A stretch of DNA of 64,000 bases. Origin: Eledone cirrhosa. Taxonomy: Eukaryota. Under the pieces are notes generated by a model. It did no database searches. It was not told where the DNA came from and was given only the letters and a program-made list of their open reading frames with translations. Positions 12,228-24,989 of the stretch are shown in pieces. Where the stretch lies: positions 2,294,001 through 2,358,000 of the forward strand of contig OZ024766.1 of assembly GCA_964016885.1 (NCBI GenBank), written 5' to 3'. The position numbers were made by a program, and so were the translations under genes. The number at the start of each line of letters is the position of its first letter. The first letter of the stretch is position 1.

Positions 12228-12640
12228 TGAACAGATGGACCATTTTTCAGTTCAGTCTCACCAATCGGTATATGGAGGGAGGTACTCTTCCTGAAGTGTA
12301 GGCTGGTGGAGTACATCTATCTTCTTTAAGCTGACATCCCAAAGAGCTGGGCAGCTTCTGTCAATCAGGAAGTGATGTGTTGCAAGGCTCTTTCTGTGAG
12401 GCCAACAAGAGCAGCATCGTCTGCAAAGAAGAGGTCTCAGATTTGTTGCTCCAGGGACTTTCATGTGGGCCTGTAGTTGAGGAAGATTAAACAGGCTGCA
12501 GGCAAGATAGTATCAAGATCTTCTATGGCCTGCTTGAACATCATGCTAAAGAGAGTTGGTGCTAGGACACAACCCTTCTTCACTCAGTTGATGTTTTGGA
12601 AGGGTTCTGAGAGGTCACTGTTGAGTCTGACTTGACCACA
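12228..12640 (-). mobile_element. RTE (BovB-like) LINE RT fragment, cassette copy 1 (truncated)
   Basis: Minus translation VKKGCVLAPTLFSMMFKQA...LLFADDAALV. Confidence 0.88.
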
Positions 12641-12641
12641 G

Positions 12642-13310
12642 TGTGTGGCCAACTCCACCCTGATAGCAGTTAGTAGGGAGGTGGTATAGGGGCCAAGTCT
12701 GACAATTGTCTCCACCACTTTAGTTTAACAAGACACTCCTGTGTGTGGCTAACTCCACCCTGATAGCAGTTAGTATGGAGATGGTATAGGGACCAAACCT
12801 GACAATTGTCTCCACCAGTATAGTTTAACAAGACACTCCTGTGTGTGGCCAACTCCACCCTGATAGGGAGGTGGTATAGGGACCAAGTCTGACAATTGTC
12901 TCCACCAGTATAGTTTAACAAGACACTCCTGTGTGTGGCCAACTCCACCCTGATAGGGAGGTGGTATAGGGACCAAGTCTGACAATTGTCTCCACCAGTA
13001 TAGTTTAACAAGACACTCCTGTGTGTGGCCAACTCCACCCTGATAGGGAGGTGGTATAGGGACCAAGTCTGACAATTGTCTCCACCAGTATAGTTTAACA
13101 AGACACTCCTGTGGGTGGCCAACTCCACCCTGATAGCAGTTAGTAGGGAGATGGTATAGGGACCAAGTCTGACAACTGTCTCCACCACTTTAGTTTAACA
13201 AGACACTCCTGTGGGTGGCTAACTCCACCTTGAGAGCAGTTATTAGGGAGGTGGTATAGGCACCAAGAATGCCAGAAATCTCCATTACTACAAGTTTAAC
13301 AACAAACAAC
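12642..13310 (-). repeat. 90/100-bp VNTR (about 6 copies) derived from a CRE-like retroelement fragment
   Basis: tccacca anchor at 12711, 12811, 12901, 12991, 13081 and 13181. Confidence 0.9.
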
Positions 13311-13496
13311 TAATACTTCAACAATTTGTGATCTTTTGTGACTAAGTTTTAATTTTTCTTGTTACTTTAGGGAACAATGATACCACCAAAGTTAGTGACC
13401 CTATAACCAGGATATTGTCAAATTTCTAAATTTCAGTTGTAAAATATACGATGAGTGATAGACTTTCAATCATTTTAAACAATATTTAAGTGTTTG

Positions 13497-14057
13497 TGTT
13501 AGATGTATTAAAACTACTCACAAGATGATTTCATTACATATGGTGTTAATAACAGAGATTTAGATGGGTGTTAGATGTATAAAAACTACTAATAAGATAT
13601 CATTACATATGGTGTTAATAACAGAGATTTAGATGGGTGTTAGATGTATTAAAACTACTAACAAGATATCATTACATATGGTGTTAATAACAGAGATTTA
13701 GATGGGTGTTAGATGTATTAAAACTACTAACAAGATATCATTACATATGGTGTTAATAACAGAGATTTAGATGGGTGTTAGATGTATAAAAACTACTTAC
13801 AAGATGATATCATAACATGGTGTTAATAACAGAGATTTAGATGGGTGTTAGATGTATTAAAACTACTAACAAGATATCATTACATATGGTGTCAATAACA
13901 GAGATTTAGATGGGTGTTAGATGTATTAAAACTACTAACAAGATGATATCATTACATATGGTGTTAATAACAGAGATTTAGATGGGTGTTAGATGTATTA
14001 AAACTACTAACAAGATGATATCATTACATATGGTGTTAATAACAGAGATTTAGATGC
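13497..14057. repeat. 72/69-bp VNTR, about 8 copies
   Basis: Unit agatgggtgttagatgtattaaaactactaacaagat(gat)atcattacatatggtgttaataacagagattt. Confidence 0.95.
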
Positions 14058-14112
14058 CTAAATAACAAAAAGTTGAAGTTATATACTTGACAAATTCCTT
14101 GAATATAATTCT

Positions 14113-14118
14113 TTTATT
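14113..14118 (-). terminator. Candidate polyadenylation signal (AATAAA) of ZNF-2; equivalent site in every cassette
   Basis: AATAAA about 290 nt after the stop, followed by T/GT-rich sequence; + strand copy at 51990-51995. Confidence 0.5.
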
Positions 14119-14407
14119 AACAACAAATAGAATGAAATTTAGGACATAAATACACTTTATAAAATTAATTATGAAAAATTAATAAATTATCTACAAAACA
14201 ATGAAATCAATAAAAAAAGGGAGTCAAAAAGAAAAAGAAAAAGAAAAAGAAAAAGAAAAAGAAAAAGAAAAACAGGTAAAATTACTCCCTCAATTACTAT
14301 AACAGAGAATGTTGGTGTTACCCTCTAAAATTTCTGAGACTAGACCCTCACAGCATTACCTCAGGTGATAGAGGGCCCTTAATTGCACACTACAACAGGG
14401 AATAGGG

Positions 14408-15724
14408 TCACTCTCCAGTGTGTGTTCTTTTGTGTTTATTATAACTACTGTTACTAATGAAAGATTTCCCACATATTTCACAGTGGAAAGGCTTTTCTCC
14501 AGTGTGAGTACGTTTGTGGATAATGAGTTCAGACGAATTTGTAAAAGATTTCCCACATATTTCACAATGATAGGGTTTCTCTCCAGTATGTGTTCTTTTG
14601 TGTATAATTAAAGAACCGCTCTGTAAAAACGCTTTCCCACATATTTCACAATGATAGGGTTTCTCTCCAGTGTGTGTTCTTTTGTGTATAGTTAAAGAAC
14701 CGCTCTGTAAAAACGCTTTCCCACATGTTTCACAATGATAGGGTCTCTCTCCAGTGTGTGTTCTTTTATGTTCAGTTAAAGAACGGCTTGTTACAAAATA
14801 TTTCCCACATACTTCACAATGATAGGGTCTCTCTCCAGTATGTGTTCTTTTATGTGTAGTTAAGACATTACTACGGCCAAAATATTTCCCACACACTTCA
14901 CAATGATAGGGTTTCTCTCCAGTGTGTGTTCTTTTATGTGTAGTTAAAGAACTGAATGTTACAACATATTTCCCACATATTTCACAATGATAGGGTTTCT
15001 CTCCAGTGTGTGTTCTTTTATGTGTAGTTAAAGAACTGGATGTTACAAAACATTTCCCACATATTTCACAATGATAGGGTCTCTCTCCAGTGTGTGTTCT
15101 TTTATGTTTAGTCAATGCACCATTACTGACAAAAGATTTTCCACATATGTCACAGTTATAGGGCTTCTCTCCCGTGTGTGTTCTTTTATGTTCAGTTAAA
15201 GAACGGCTTGTTACAAAATATTTCCCACATGTTTCACAGTGATGGGGTCTCTCTCCAGTGTGTGTTCTTCTGTGAACTATAAGAACAGAACTATCAGCAA
15301 AATATTTCCCACATATTTCACAGTGAAAAGGTTTCTCTCCGGTGTGAATACGTATATGACTAACAAGATTAAATTTCTTAGGAAAAGATTTCCCACATAT
15401 TTCACAATGATAGGGTTTCTCTCCTGTGTGTGTTCTTTTGTGGTTAGTCAAGTGACAACTCCTACTAAAAGATTTCCCACATATTTCACAGTGATAGGGT
15501 TTGTCTTTAATATGTATGAGTTTGTGTGTAGATAATTCATCTACTGATAAGAAAGTTTCACTACAAACCCCACAGCTATATTCAGGAATATTTCTGTATA
15601 ATGATCCTTGTTCAGTACATGTTTCACTAGGTAAAGGTTTCTCACCACTGTATGTCTGTGTAACTGTATCTATATTGGTAGAAACAGGTGTGGTAGAAAT
15701 GTCCAAGTGTTTAACGTCCTCCAT
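14408..15724 (-). CDS. C2H2 zinc-finger protein, 14 fingers, 438 aa (ZNF-2)
   Basis: Intact ORF; start placed at the conserved ATG (MEDVK) rather than the upstream non-ATG start. Confidence 0.92.
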   Translation of the reverse strand: MEDVKHLDISTTPVSTNIDTVTQTYSGEKPLPSETCTEQGSLYRNIPEYSCGVCSETFLSVDELSTHKLIHIKDKPYHCEICGKSFSRSCHLTNHKRTHTGEKPYHCEICGKSFPKKFNLVSHIRIHTGEKPFHCEICGKYFADSSVLIVHRRTHTGERPHHCETCGKYFVTSRSLTEHKRTHTGEKPYNCDICGKSFVSNGALTKHKRTHTGERPYHCEICGKCFVTSSSLTTHKRTHTGEKPYHCEICGKYVVTFSSLTTHKRTHTGEKPYHCEVCGKYFGRSNVLTTHKRTHTGERPYHCEVCGKYFVTSRSLTEHKRTHTGERPYHCETCGKAFLQSGSLTIHKRTHTGEKPYHCEICGKAFLQSGSLIIHKRTHTGEKPYHCEICGKSFTNSSELIIHKRTHTGEKPFHCEICGKSFISNSSYNKHKRTHTGE

Positions 15725-16680
15725 AGTAATTCTTGAAGAACTCTTCGAAGTTCTGAAGATATATGACTGTCTAAGACTAATGTAGGTATAAGAAAAAGAG
15801 AGTGTGTGTGTGTGTGGGTGTTTGTGTCTTAATAAATTAGTATTGTTCCCCACAGAGTATAAAAAAGTACACAATATCTGCTGTGTTAACAATACAAATA
15901 ATACGTACTTTATATTTCAAGTACAAATGTAAAGTCAAGAAAGACCAGGAAAGCTAATTGTTCAGATGTTGGTGATTTAAACCTATTTCTCACTGTCCTG
16001 TAAAATGTGGAACCAATTCACGATGTAGCGTAGTTTCTCATGAAATGAAATATTTAATCATGTAGGAGATGGAACACCTACCCTGGAACATGTAGCTCAC
16101 TCTATGTTATGTACAGAATATTAACTTTGACCTTGCTACACAAGATATAATTAGATTAACTAAAGTTATAATTAAGATAGCAGGTACGTGGCGTCGTTGA
16201 TAAGGTTTCACTCTCCTGAATAACACCGGTGTAATACGTTCAAAGTCCCTGACATCATTTAAAACCTTCAGAAAGACCTTCAGTTATATCAATTCACTCC
16301 TTCAATTGTACCCAACCCCTGGTAAAACAAGCAGCATCATTCAGTAAAATATTTATTTCGTATCAATGAGGGAGTCTCCTACCTGGTTACTTGACCTGGT
16401 AGAAATAGCAGCCAAATATCACTCTCTACTGTCTTATAACAAAAAAGACCATATTATCTAGGTTAGTCACACACACACATATATATATATATATACATAT
16501 ATACAAACTAGATGGGTACAGCTAAAACACCTTCCAATATTTAAATATATACCTAATCGATCATACTAATCTGGGACTTGAATAATGCCATGGTGAGGTT
16601 GTCTTCCCTGGTAGTGTTAATCCGTTGTTGGTTTGTATATATATTTATATCTCCATCTGTAAGTCAATAACATTTATCAT

Positions 16681-17713
16681 GGTTTGGCTTCGAGAACAAA
16701 GGTTAAGGAGTTGTTCTACGTTGATTCCAGGCCTGCTTGTGGCTGGTCAGGCCTACATAGGACAGGCATGGCACAGCCACAGATGAAGGTTTGGAGAAGG
16801 GTTTGATAACTTGTTGTGGTTCTCCCTCCTAGGCCTCTTGTCCTCGAGGGTGGCCCTGTGGGTGTTTTTCAAGGAGTAGACGGCATGGTTGTTGGTGAGA
16901 CACGAGGCGTCCCATGTCTCAGGTACGGTGGACCACCAGTGATGATCGATGTGACAAGGAATTTGTTGAAACAGTCCTTGTATTGGTTCCTTAGTGGCCC
17001 CCTGTCACAATGACCAGTGGAGAGTTCACCGTAGAGCATGATCCTGGGCAGATCTTCCATCCAGGAGATATACCCTGCCCAGCTTGGTGCTGCACTCAAA
17101 GAGACGAAGGTGGTGATGTTAAGTGACCCACAACTCTAAGCCATATAGGAAGATGGGAAGGACTATGGTTCTGTACACTCTGATCTTGGGACCCTTCTTC
17201 AGGTGTTTATTATTCTACACAGCTTTGTACAGTCTGCCAAATGCACTGCCCACCTTTGCCAGTATGTTACCTGTTGATCTTGAGATGTGACCCCAGGTTG
17301 GTGAACAGGTGGACCATTTTTCAGTTCAGTCTCACCAATTGGTATATGGAGGGAGGTACTCTTCCTGAAGTGTAGGCTGGTGGAGTACATCTATTTTCTT
17401 TAAGCTGACATCCCAAAGAGTTGGGCAGCTTCTGTCAATCAGGAAGTGATGTGTTGCAAGGCTCTTTCTGTGAGGCCAACAAGAGCAGCATCGTCTGCAA
17501 AGAAGAGGTCTCAGATCTGTTGCTCCAGGGACTTTCATGTGGGCCTGTAGTTGAGGAAGATTAAACAGGCTGCCAGCAAGATAGTATCAAGATCTTCTAT
17601 GGCTTGCTTGAACATCATGCTGAAGGGAGTTGGTGCTAGGACACAACCCTTCTTCACTCAGTTGATGTTTGGGTAGGGTTCTGAGAGGTAACTGATGAGT
17701 TTTACTTGACCAC
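16681..17713 (-). mobile_element. RTE (BovB-like) LINE 3' half, cassette copy 2
   Basis: GCVLAPT, LFADDAAL and WAGYISWMEDLPRIMLYGELSTG motifs with stops and frameshifts. Confidence 0.88.
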
Positions 17714-17714
17714 A

Positions 17715-17912
17715 GTGTGTGGCCAACTCCACCCTGATAGCAGTTATTAGGGAGGTAGTATAGGGACCAAGCCTGACAATTGTCTCCACCACTATAGTTT
17801 AACAAGACACTCCTATGCGTGGCCAACTCCACCCTGATAGCAGTTAGTAGGGAGATGGTATAGGGGCCAAGAATGCCAGAAATCTCCATTACTACAAGTT
17901 CAACAACAAACA
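17715..17912 (-). mobile_element. CRE-like endonuclease fragment, 1-2 repeat units
   Basis: FVVELVVMEISGILGPYTISLLTAIRVELATH. Confidence 0.65.
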
Positions 17913-18533
17913 ATTAATACTTCAACAGTTTGTGATATTTTGTGACTAAGTTTTAATTTTTCTTGTTACTTTAGGGAAACATTGATAGCACCAAAGTTAG
18001 TGGCCCTATAACCAGGATATTGTCAAATTTCTATCTTCAGTTGTAAAATATACGATGAGTGATAGACTTTCAAACATTTTAAACAATATTTAAGTGTTTG
18101 TGTTAGATGTATTAAAACTACTTACAAGATGATATCATTACATATGGTGTTAATAACAGAGATTTAGATGGCAAAATAACAAAAAGTTGATAAATTCCTT
18201 AAATATAATTCTTTTATTAACAACAAATACAATGAAATTTAGGACGTAAATACACTTTATAAAATTAATTATGAAAAATTAATAAATTATTTACAAAACA
18301 ATGAAATCAATAAATAAAAGGAAAACAGGTAAAACTACACCTTTAATTACTAAAACAGAGAATGTTGGTGTTACTCTCTAAAATTTCTGACTAGACACAG
18401 CATTACCTCAGGTGATAGAGGGTTTCTTAATTACACACTACAACAAGGAATGTTGGTGTAGGCCTCTAAAATTTATCATAGCAGAGAAGTCATTATCTCA
18501 GGTGATAGAGGGTTCCTACAACAGGGAATAGGG

Positions 18534-19346
18534 TCAATCTCCAGTGTGTATTCTTTTGTGTTTATTATAAGTACTTTTACTAACGAAAGAATTCCCACAT
18601 ATTTCACAGTGGAAAGGCTTTTCTCCAGTATGAATACGTTTGTGGATAATGAGTTCAGGCGAATTTCTAAACGATTTCCCACATATTTCACAGTGATAGG
18701 GTCTCTCTCCAGTGTGTGTTCTTTTATGTATAATTAAAGAACCGCTCTGTAAAAATGCTTTACCACATATTTCACAACGAAAAGGTGTCTCTCCTGTGTG
18801 TGTTCTTTTATGTGTAGTTAAAGAACTGAATGTTACAACATATTTCCCACATATTTCACAGCGAAAAGGTTTTTCTCCACTGTGACTACGTATATGTCTA
18901 ACAAGATTATTTTTCTCAGCAAAAGATTTCTCACATATTTCACAGTGAAATGGTTTTTCCCCACTGTGATTACGTAAATGTTTAATTAAATTGGAATTGA
19001 GACTGAAAGATTTCCCACATGTTTCACAATGATAGGGTCTCTCTCCTGTGTGTATTCTTTTGTGGTCAGTCAAGTGACCACTCCTACTAAAAGATTTCCC
19101 ACATATTTCACAATGATAGGGTCTGTCTTTAATATGTATGCGTTTGTGTGTAGATAATTCATCTTCTGATGAAAAAGCTTTCCTACAAATCTCACAGCTA
19201 TACTCAGGAATATTTCCGTGTAATGATCCTTGTTCAGTACATGTTTCACTAGGTAAAGGTTTCTCACCACTGTATGTCTGTGTAACTGTATCTATATCCG
19301 TAGAAACAGGTGTGGTAGAAATGTCCAAGTGTTTAAAGTCCTCCAT
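18534..19346 (-). CDS. C2H2 zinc-finger protein, 8 fingers, 270 aa (ZNF-3)
   Basis: Intact ORF from the conserved ATG (MEDFK). Confidence 0.92.
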   Translation of the reverse strand: MEDFKHLDISTTPVSTDIDTVTQTYSGEKPLPSETCTEQGSLHGNIPEYSCEICRKAFSSEDELSTHKRIHIKDRPYHCEICGKSFSRSGHLTDHKRIHTGERPYHCETCGKSFSLNSNLIKHLRNHSGEKPFHCEICEKSFAEKNNLVRHIRSHSGEKPFRCEICGKYVVTFSSLTTHKRTHTGETPFRCEICGKAFLQSGSLIIHKRTHTGERPYHCEICGKSFRNSPELIIHKRIHTGEKPFHCEICGNSFVSKSTYNKHKRIHTGD

Positions 19347-20306
19347 AGTAATTCTTGAAGAATTCTTCGAAGTTCTGAAGATATATGACTGTGTAAGACT
19401 GATGTCGGTATAAGAAAGTGTAAGAGGGAGTGTCTCTGTGTGTGTGTGTGTTTGTTTGTTTCTTAATAAATCAGGATTGTTCCCCACAGAGTGTAGAAAA
19501 GTACACAATATCTGCTGTGTTAACAATACAAATAATACGTACTTTATATTTCAAGTCCAAGTGTAAAGTCAAGAAAGACCAGGGAAGCTAATTGTTCAGA
19601 TGTTGGTGATTTAAACCTATTTCTCACTGTCCTGTAACATGTGGAACAACCAATTCACGATGTAGCGTAGTTTCTCATGAAATGAAATATTTAATCATGT
19701 AGGTGATGGAACACCTACCCTGGAACATGTACCTCACTCTATGTTATCTACAGAATATTAACTTTCACCTTAACATGAGATAATTGCTACACAAGATATA
19801 ATTTGATTAATTAAAGTTATAATTAAGATAGCAGGTGCGTCGTGGCGTTTGTAATGTTTCCTTCCCTTGAATGACACCGGTGTAATACGTTAAAAGTCCC
19901 TGACATAATTTAATACCTTCAGTTATATCAATTCACTCCATCAATTGTACCCAACCCATGGTAAAACAAGCAGCATCATTCAGTGAAATATTTATTACGC
20001 ATCAACGAGGGGTTCTCCTACATGGTTACTTGACCTGGTAGAAATAGCAGCCAAATATCACTCTCCAATGTCTTACAACAACAAAGACCATATTCTGCAG
20101 TTTAGTCACACACACACACTTTATATATATAAACTACGTATGTACAGCTGAAACACCTTCCAATATTTAAATATATGCCTAATCGATCATACTAATCTGG
20201 GACTTGAATTATGCCATGGTGAGGTTGTCTCCCCTGGTAGTGTTAATCCGTTGTTTATTTGTATATATATTTATATCTCCATCTGTAACTCAATAACATT
20301 TATCAT

Positions 20307-21349
20307 GGTTTGGCTTCGAGAATAAAGGTTAAGGAGTTGTTCTACGTTGATTCCAGGCCTGCTTGGGGCTGGTCAGGCCTACATAGGACAGGCATGGCAC
20401 AGCCACAGATGAAGGTTTGGAGAAGGGTTTGATAACTTGTTGTGGTTCTTCCTCCTAGGACTCTTGTGCTCGAGGGTGGCCCTGTGGGTGTTTTTGAAGG
20501 AGTAGACGGCATGGTTGTTGGTGAGACACGAGGCGTCCCATGTCTCAGCTAGGGTGGACCATCAGTGATGGTCGATGTGACAAGGAATTTGTTGAAACAG
20601 TCCTTGTATTGCTTCTTGGTGGCCCCCTGTCACAATGACCAGTGGAGAGTTCACCGTAGAGCATGATCCTGGGCAGATCTTCCATCCAGGAGATATACCC
20701 TGCCCAGCTTGGTGTTGCACTCATAGAGACGAAGGTGGTGATGTTAAGTGACCCACAACTCTAAGCCATATAGGAAGATGGGAAGGACTATGGTTCTGTA
20801 CACTCTGATCTTGGGACCCTTCTTCAGGTGTTTATTATTCTACACAGCTTTGTACAGTCTGCCAAATGCACTGCTCACCTTTGCCAGTCTGTTACCTGTT
20901 GATCTCGAGACGTGACGTAATGGTGCACCCCAGGTTGGTGAACAGGTGGACCATTTTTCAGTTCAGTCTCACCAATTGGTATATGGAGGGAGGTACTCTT
21001 CCTGAAGTGTAGGCTGGTGGAGTACATCTATTTTCTTTAAGCTGACATCCCAAAGAGTTGGGCTGCTTCTGTCAATCAGGAAGTGATGTGTTGCAAGGCT
21101 CTTTCTGTGAGGCCAACAAGAGCAGCATCGTCTGCAAAGAAGAGGTCTCAGATCTGTTGCTCCAGGGACTTTCATGTGGGCCTGTAGTTGAGGAAGATTA
21201 AACAGGCTGCCAGCAAGATAGTATCAAGATCTTCTATGGCTTGCTTGAACATCATGCTGAAGGGAGTTGGTGCTAGGACACAACCCTTCTTCACTCAGTT
21301 GATGTTTGGGTAGGGTTCTGAGAGGTAACTGATGAGTTTTACTTGACCA
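20307..21349 (-). mobile_element. RTE LINE 3' half, cassette copy 3
   Basis: Near-identical to copy 2. Confidence 0.88.
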
Positions 21350-21351
21350 CA

Positions 21352-21549
21352 GTGTGTGGCCAACTCCACCCTGATAGCAGTTATTAGGGAGGTAGTATAG
21401 GGACCAAGCCTGACAATTGTCTCCACTACTATAGTTTAACAAGACACTCCTATGCGTGGCCAACTCCACCCTGATAGCAGTTAGTAGGGAGATGGTATAG
21501 GGGCCAAGAATGCCAGAAATCTCCATTACTACAAGTTCAACAACAAACA
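21352..21549 (-). mobile_element. CRE-like endonuclease fragment, 1-2 repeat units
   Basis: Near-identical to 17715-17912. Confidence 0.65.
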
Positions 21550-22170
21550 ATTAATACTTCAACAGTTTGTGATATTTTGTGACTAAGTTTTAATTTTTCT
21601 TGTTACTTTAGGGAAACATTGATAGCACCAAAGTTAGTGGCCCTATAACCAGGATATTGTCAAATTTCTATCTTCAGTTGTAAAATATACGATGAGTGAT
21701 AGACTTTCAAACATTTTAAACAATATTTAAGTGTTTGTGTTAGATGTATTAAAACTACTTACAAGATGATATCATTACATATGGTGTTAATAACAGAGAT
21801 TTAGATGGCAAAATAACAAAAAGTTGATAAATTCCTTAAATATAATTCTTTTATTAACAACAAATACAATGAAATTTAGGACGTAAATACACTTTATAAA
21901 ATTAATTATGAAAAATTAATAAATTATTTACAAAACAATGAAATCAATAAATAAAAGGAAAACAGGTAAAACTACACCTTTAATTACTAAAACAGAGAAT
22001 GTTGGTGTTACTCTCTAAAATTTCTGACTAGACACAGCATTACCTCAGGTGATAGAGGGTTTCTTAATTACACATTACAACAAGGAATGTTGGTGTAGGC
22101 CTCTAAAATTTATCATAGCAGAGAAGTCATTATCTCAGGTGATAGAGGGTTCCTACAACAGGGAATAGGG

Positions 22171-22983
22171 TCAATCTCCAGTGTGTATTCTTTTGTGTTT
22201 ATTATAAGTACTTTTACTAACGAAAGAATTCCCACATATTTCACAGAGGAAAGGCTTTTCTCCAGTATGAATACGTTTGTGGATAATGAGTTCAGGCGAA
22301 TTTCTAAAAGATTTCCCACATATTTTACAGTGATAGGGTCTCTCTCCAGTGTGTGTTCTTATATGTATAATTAAAGAACCGCTCTGTAAAAATGCTTTCC
22401 CACATATTTCACAACGAAAAGGTGTCTCTCCTGTGTGTGTTCTTTTATGTGTAGTTAAAGAACTGAATGCTACAACATATTTCCCACATATTTCACAGCG
22501 AAAAGGTTTTTCTCCACTGTGACTACGTATATGTCTAACAAGATTATTTTTCTCAGCAAAAGATTTCTCACATATTTCACAGTGAAATGTTTTTTCCCCA
22601 CTGTGATTACGTAAATGTTTAATTAAATTGGAATTGATATTGAAAGATTTCCCACATGTTTCACAATGATAGGGTCTCTCTCCTGTGTGTATTCTTTTGT
22701 GGTCAGTCAAGTGACTACTCCTACTAAAAGATTTCCCACATATTTCACAATGATAGGGTCTGTCTTTAATATGTATGCGTTTGTGTGTAGATAATTCATC
22801 TTCTGATGAGAAAGCTTTCCTACAAATCTCACAGCTATATTCAGGAATATTTCCGTGTAATGATCCTTGTTCAGTACATGTTTCACTAGGTAAAGGTTTC
22901 TCACCACTGTATGTCTGTGTAACTGTATCTATATCCGTAGAAACAGGTGTGGTAGAAATGTCCAAGTGTTTAAAGTCCTCCAT
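22171..22983 (-). CDS. C2H2 zinc-finger protein, 8 fingers, 270 aa (ZNF-4, recent duplicate of ZNF-3)
   Basis: Intact ORF; 8 aa differences from ZNF-3. Confidence 0.92.
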   Translation of the reverse strand: MEDFKHLDISTTPVSTDIDTVTQTYSGEKPLPSETCTEQGSLHGNIPEYSCEICRKAFSSEDELSTHKRIHIKDRPYHCEICGKSFSRSSHLTDHKRIHTGERPYHCETCGKSFNINSNLIKHLRNHSGEKTFHCEICEKSFAEKNNLVRHIRSHSGEKPFRCEICGKYVVAFSSLTTHKRTHTGETPFRCEICGKAFLQSGSLIIHIRTHTGERPYHCKICGKSFRNSPELIIHKRIHTGEKPFLCEICGNSFVSKSTYNKHKRIHTGD

Positions 22984-23959
22984 AGTAATTCTTGAAGAAT
23001 TCTTCGAAGTTCTGAAGATATATGACTGTGTAAGACTGATGTCGGTATAAGAAAGTGTAAGAGAGAGTGTGTGTGTTTGTTTCTTAATAAATCAGGATTG
23101 TTCTCCACTAAGTGTAGAGAAGTACACAATATCTGCTGTGTTAACAATACAAATAATACGTACTTTATATTTCAAGTCCAAGTGTAAAGTCAAGAAAGAC
23201 CAGGAAAGCTAATTGTTCAGATGTTGGTGATTTAAACCTATTTCTCACTGTCCTGTAAAATGTGGAACAACCAATTCACGATGTAGCGTAGTTTCTCATG
23301 AAATGAAATATTTAATCATGTAGGAGATGGAACACCTACCCTGGAACATGTAGCTCACTCTATGTTATCTACAGAATATTAACTTTCACCTTAACATGAG
23401 ATAATTGCTACACAAGATATAATTAGATTAATTAAAGTTATAATTAAGATAGCAGGTGCGTCGTGGCGTTGGTAATGTTTCCTTCCCTTGAATAACACCG
23501 GTGTAATACGTTAAAAGTCCCTGACATAATTTAATACCTTCAGTTATATCAATTCACTCCATCAATTGTACCCAACCCATGGTAAAACAAGCAGCATCAT
23601 TCAGTGAAATATTTATTACGCATCAACGAGGGGTTCTCCTACCTGGTTACTTGACCTGGTAGAAATAGCAGCCAAATATCACTCTCCACTGTCTTACAAC
23701 AACAAAGACCATATTCTGCAGTTTAGTCACACACACACACTTTATATATATATATATATACACACACACATATATATATATATAAACTACATGAGTACAG
23801 CTGAAACACCTTCCAATATTTAAATATATGCCTAATCGATCATACTAATCTGGGACTTGAATTATGACATGGTGAGGTTGTCTCCCCTGGTAGTCTGAAT
23901 CCGTTGTTTGTTTGTATATATATTTATATCTCCATCTGTAACTCAATAACATTTATCAT

Positions 23960-24988
23960 GGTTTGGCTTCGAGAACAAAAGTTAAGGAGTTGTTATACGC
24001 TGCTTGTGGCTGGTCAGGCCTACATAGGACAGGCATGGCACAGCAACAGATGAGGGTCTGGAGAAGGGTTTGATAACTAGTTGTGGATCTTCCTCCTAAG
24101 ACTTTAGTCCTCAAGGGTGGCCCTGTGGGTGTTTTTCAAGGAGCAGATAGCATGGTTGTTGGTGAGACACGAGGCGTCCCATGTCTCAGGTAGGGTGGAC
24201 CACCAGTGATGGTCGATGTGACAAGGAATTTCATGAAACAGTCCTTGTATTGCTTCCTTGGTGGTCCCCTGTCACAATGACCAGTGGAGAGTTCACCGTA
24301 GAGTATGATCCTGGGCAGATCTTACATCCAGGTGATGTACCCTGCCCAGCTTGGTGTTGCACTCATAGAGACGAAGGTGGTGATGTTAAGTGACCCACAA
24401 CTCTAAGCCATGTAGGAAGATGGGAAGGACTATGGTTCTGTACACTCTGATCTAGGGACCCTTCTTCAGGTGTTTATTTTTCTACACAGGTTTGTACAGT
24501 CTGCCAAATGCACTGCTCACCTTTGCCAGACTGTCACCTGTCAATCTTGAGATGTGACGTAATGGTGCACCCCAGGTTGGTGAACAGGTGGACCATTTTT
24601 CAGTTCAGTCTCACCAATCGGTATATGGAGGGAGGTACTCTTCCTGAAGTGTAGGCTGGTGAAGTACATCTATTTTCTTTAAGCTGACATCCCAAAGAGC
24701 TGGGCAGCTTCTGTGAAGCAGGAAGTGATGTGTTGCAAGACTCTTTCTGTGAGGCCAACAAGAGCAGCATCGTCTGCAAAGAGGTCTCAGATCTGTTGCT
24801 CCAGGGACTTTCATGTGGGCCTGTAGTTGAGGAAGATTAAACAGGCTGCAGGCAAGATAGTATCAAGATCTTCTATGGCCTGCTTGAACATCATGCTGAA
24901 GGGAGTTGGTGCTAGGACACAACCCTTCTTCACTCAGTTGATGTTTGGGAAGGGTTCTGAGAGGTCACTGTTGAGTCTGACCTGACCA
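23960..24988 (-). mobile_element. RTE LINE 3' half, cassette copy 4
   Basis: Same decayed RT and C-terminal motifs. Confidence 0.88.
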
Positions 24989-24989
24989 C

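Noticed and set aside
12642-14057. Repeat arrays next to RT fragments as a CRISPR-like or retron-like system
   Set aside because: Units are head-to-tail with no unique spacers, there are no cas genes, the RT is a decayed eukaryotic LINE and the context is animal
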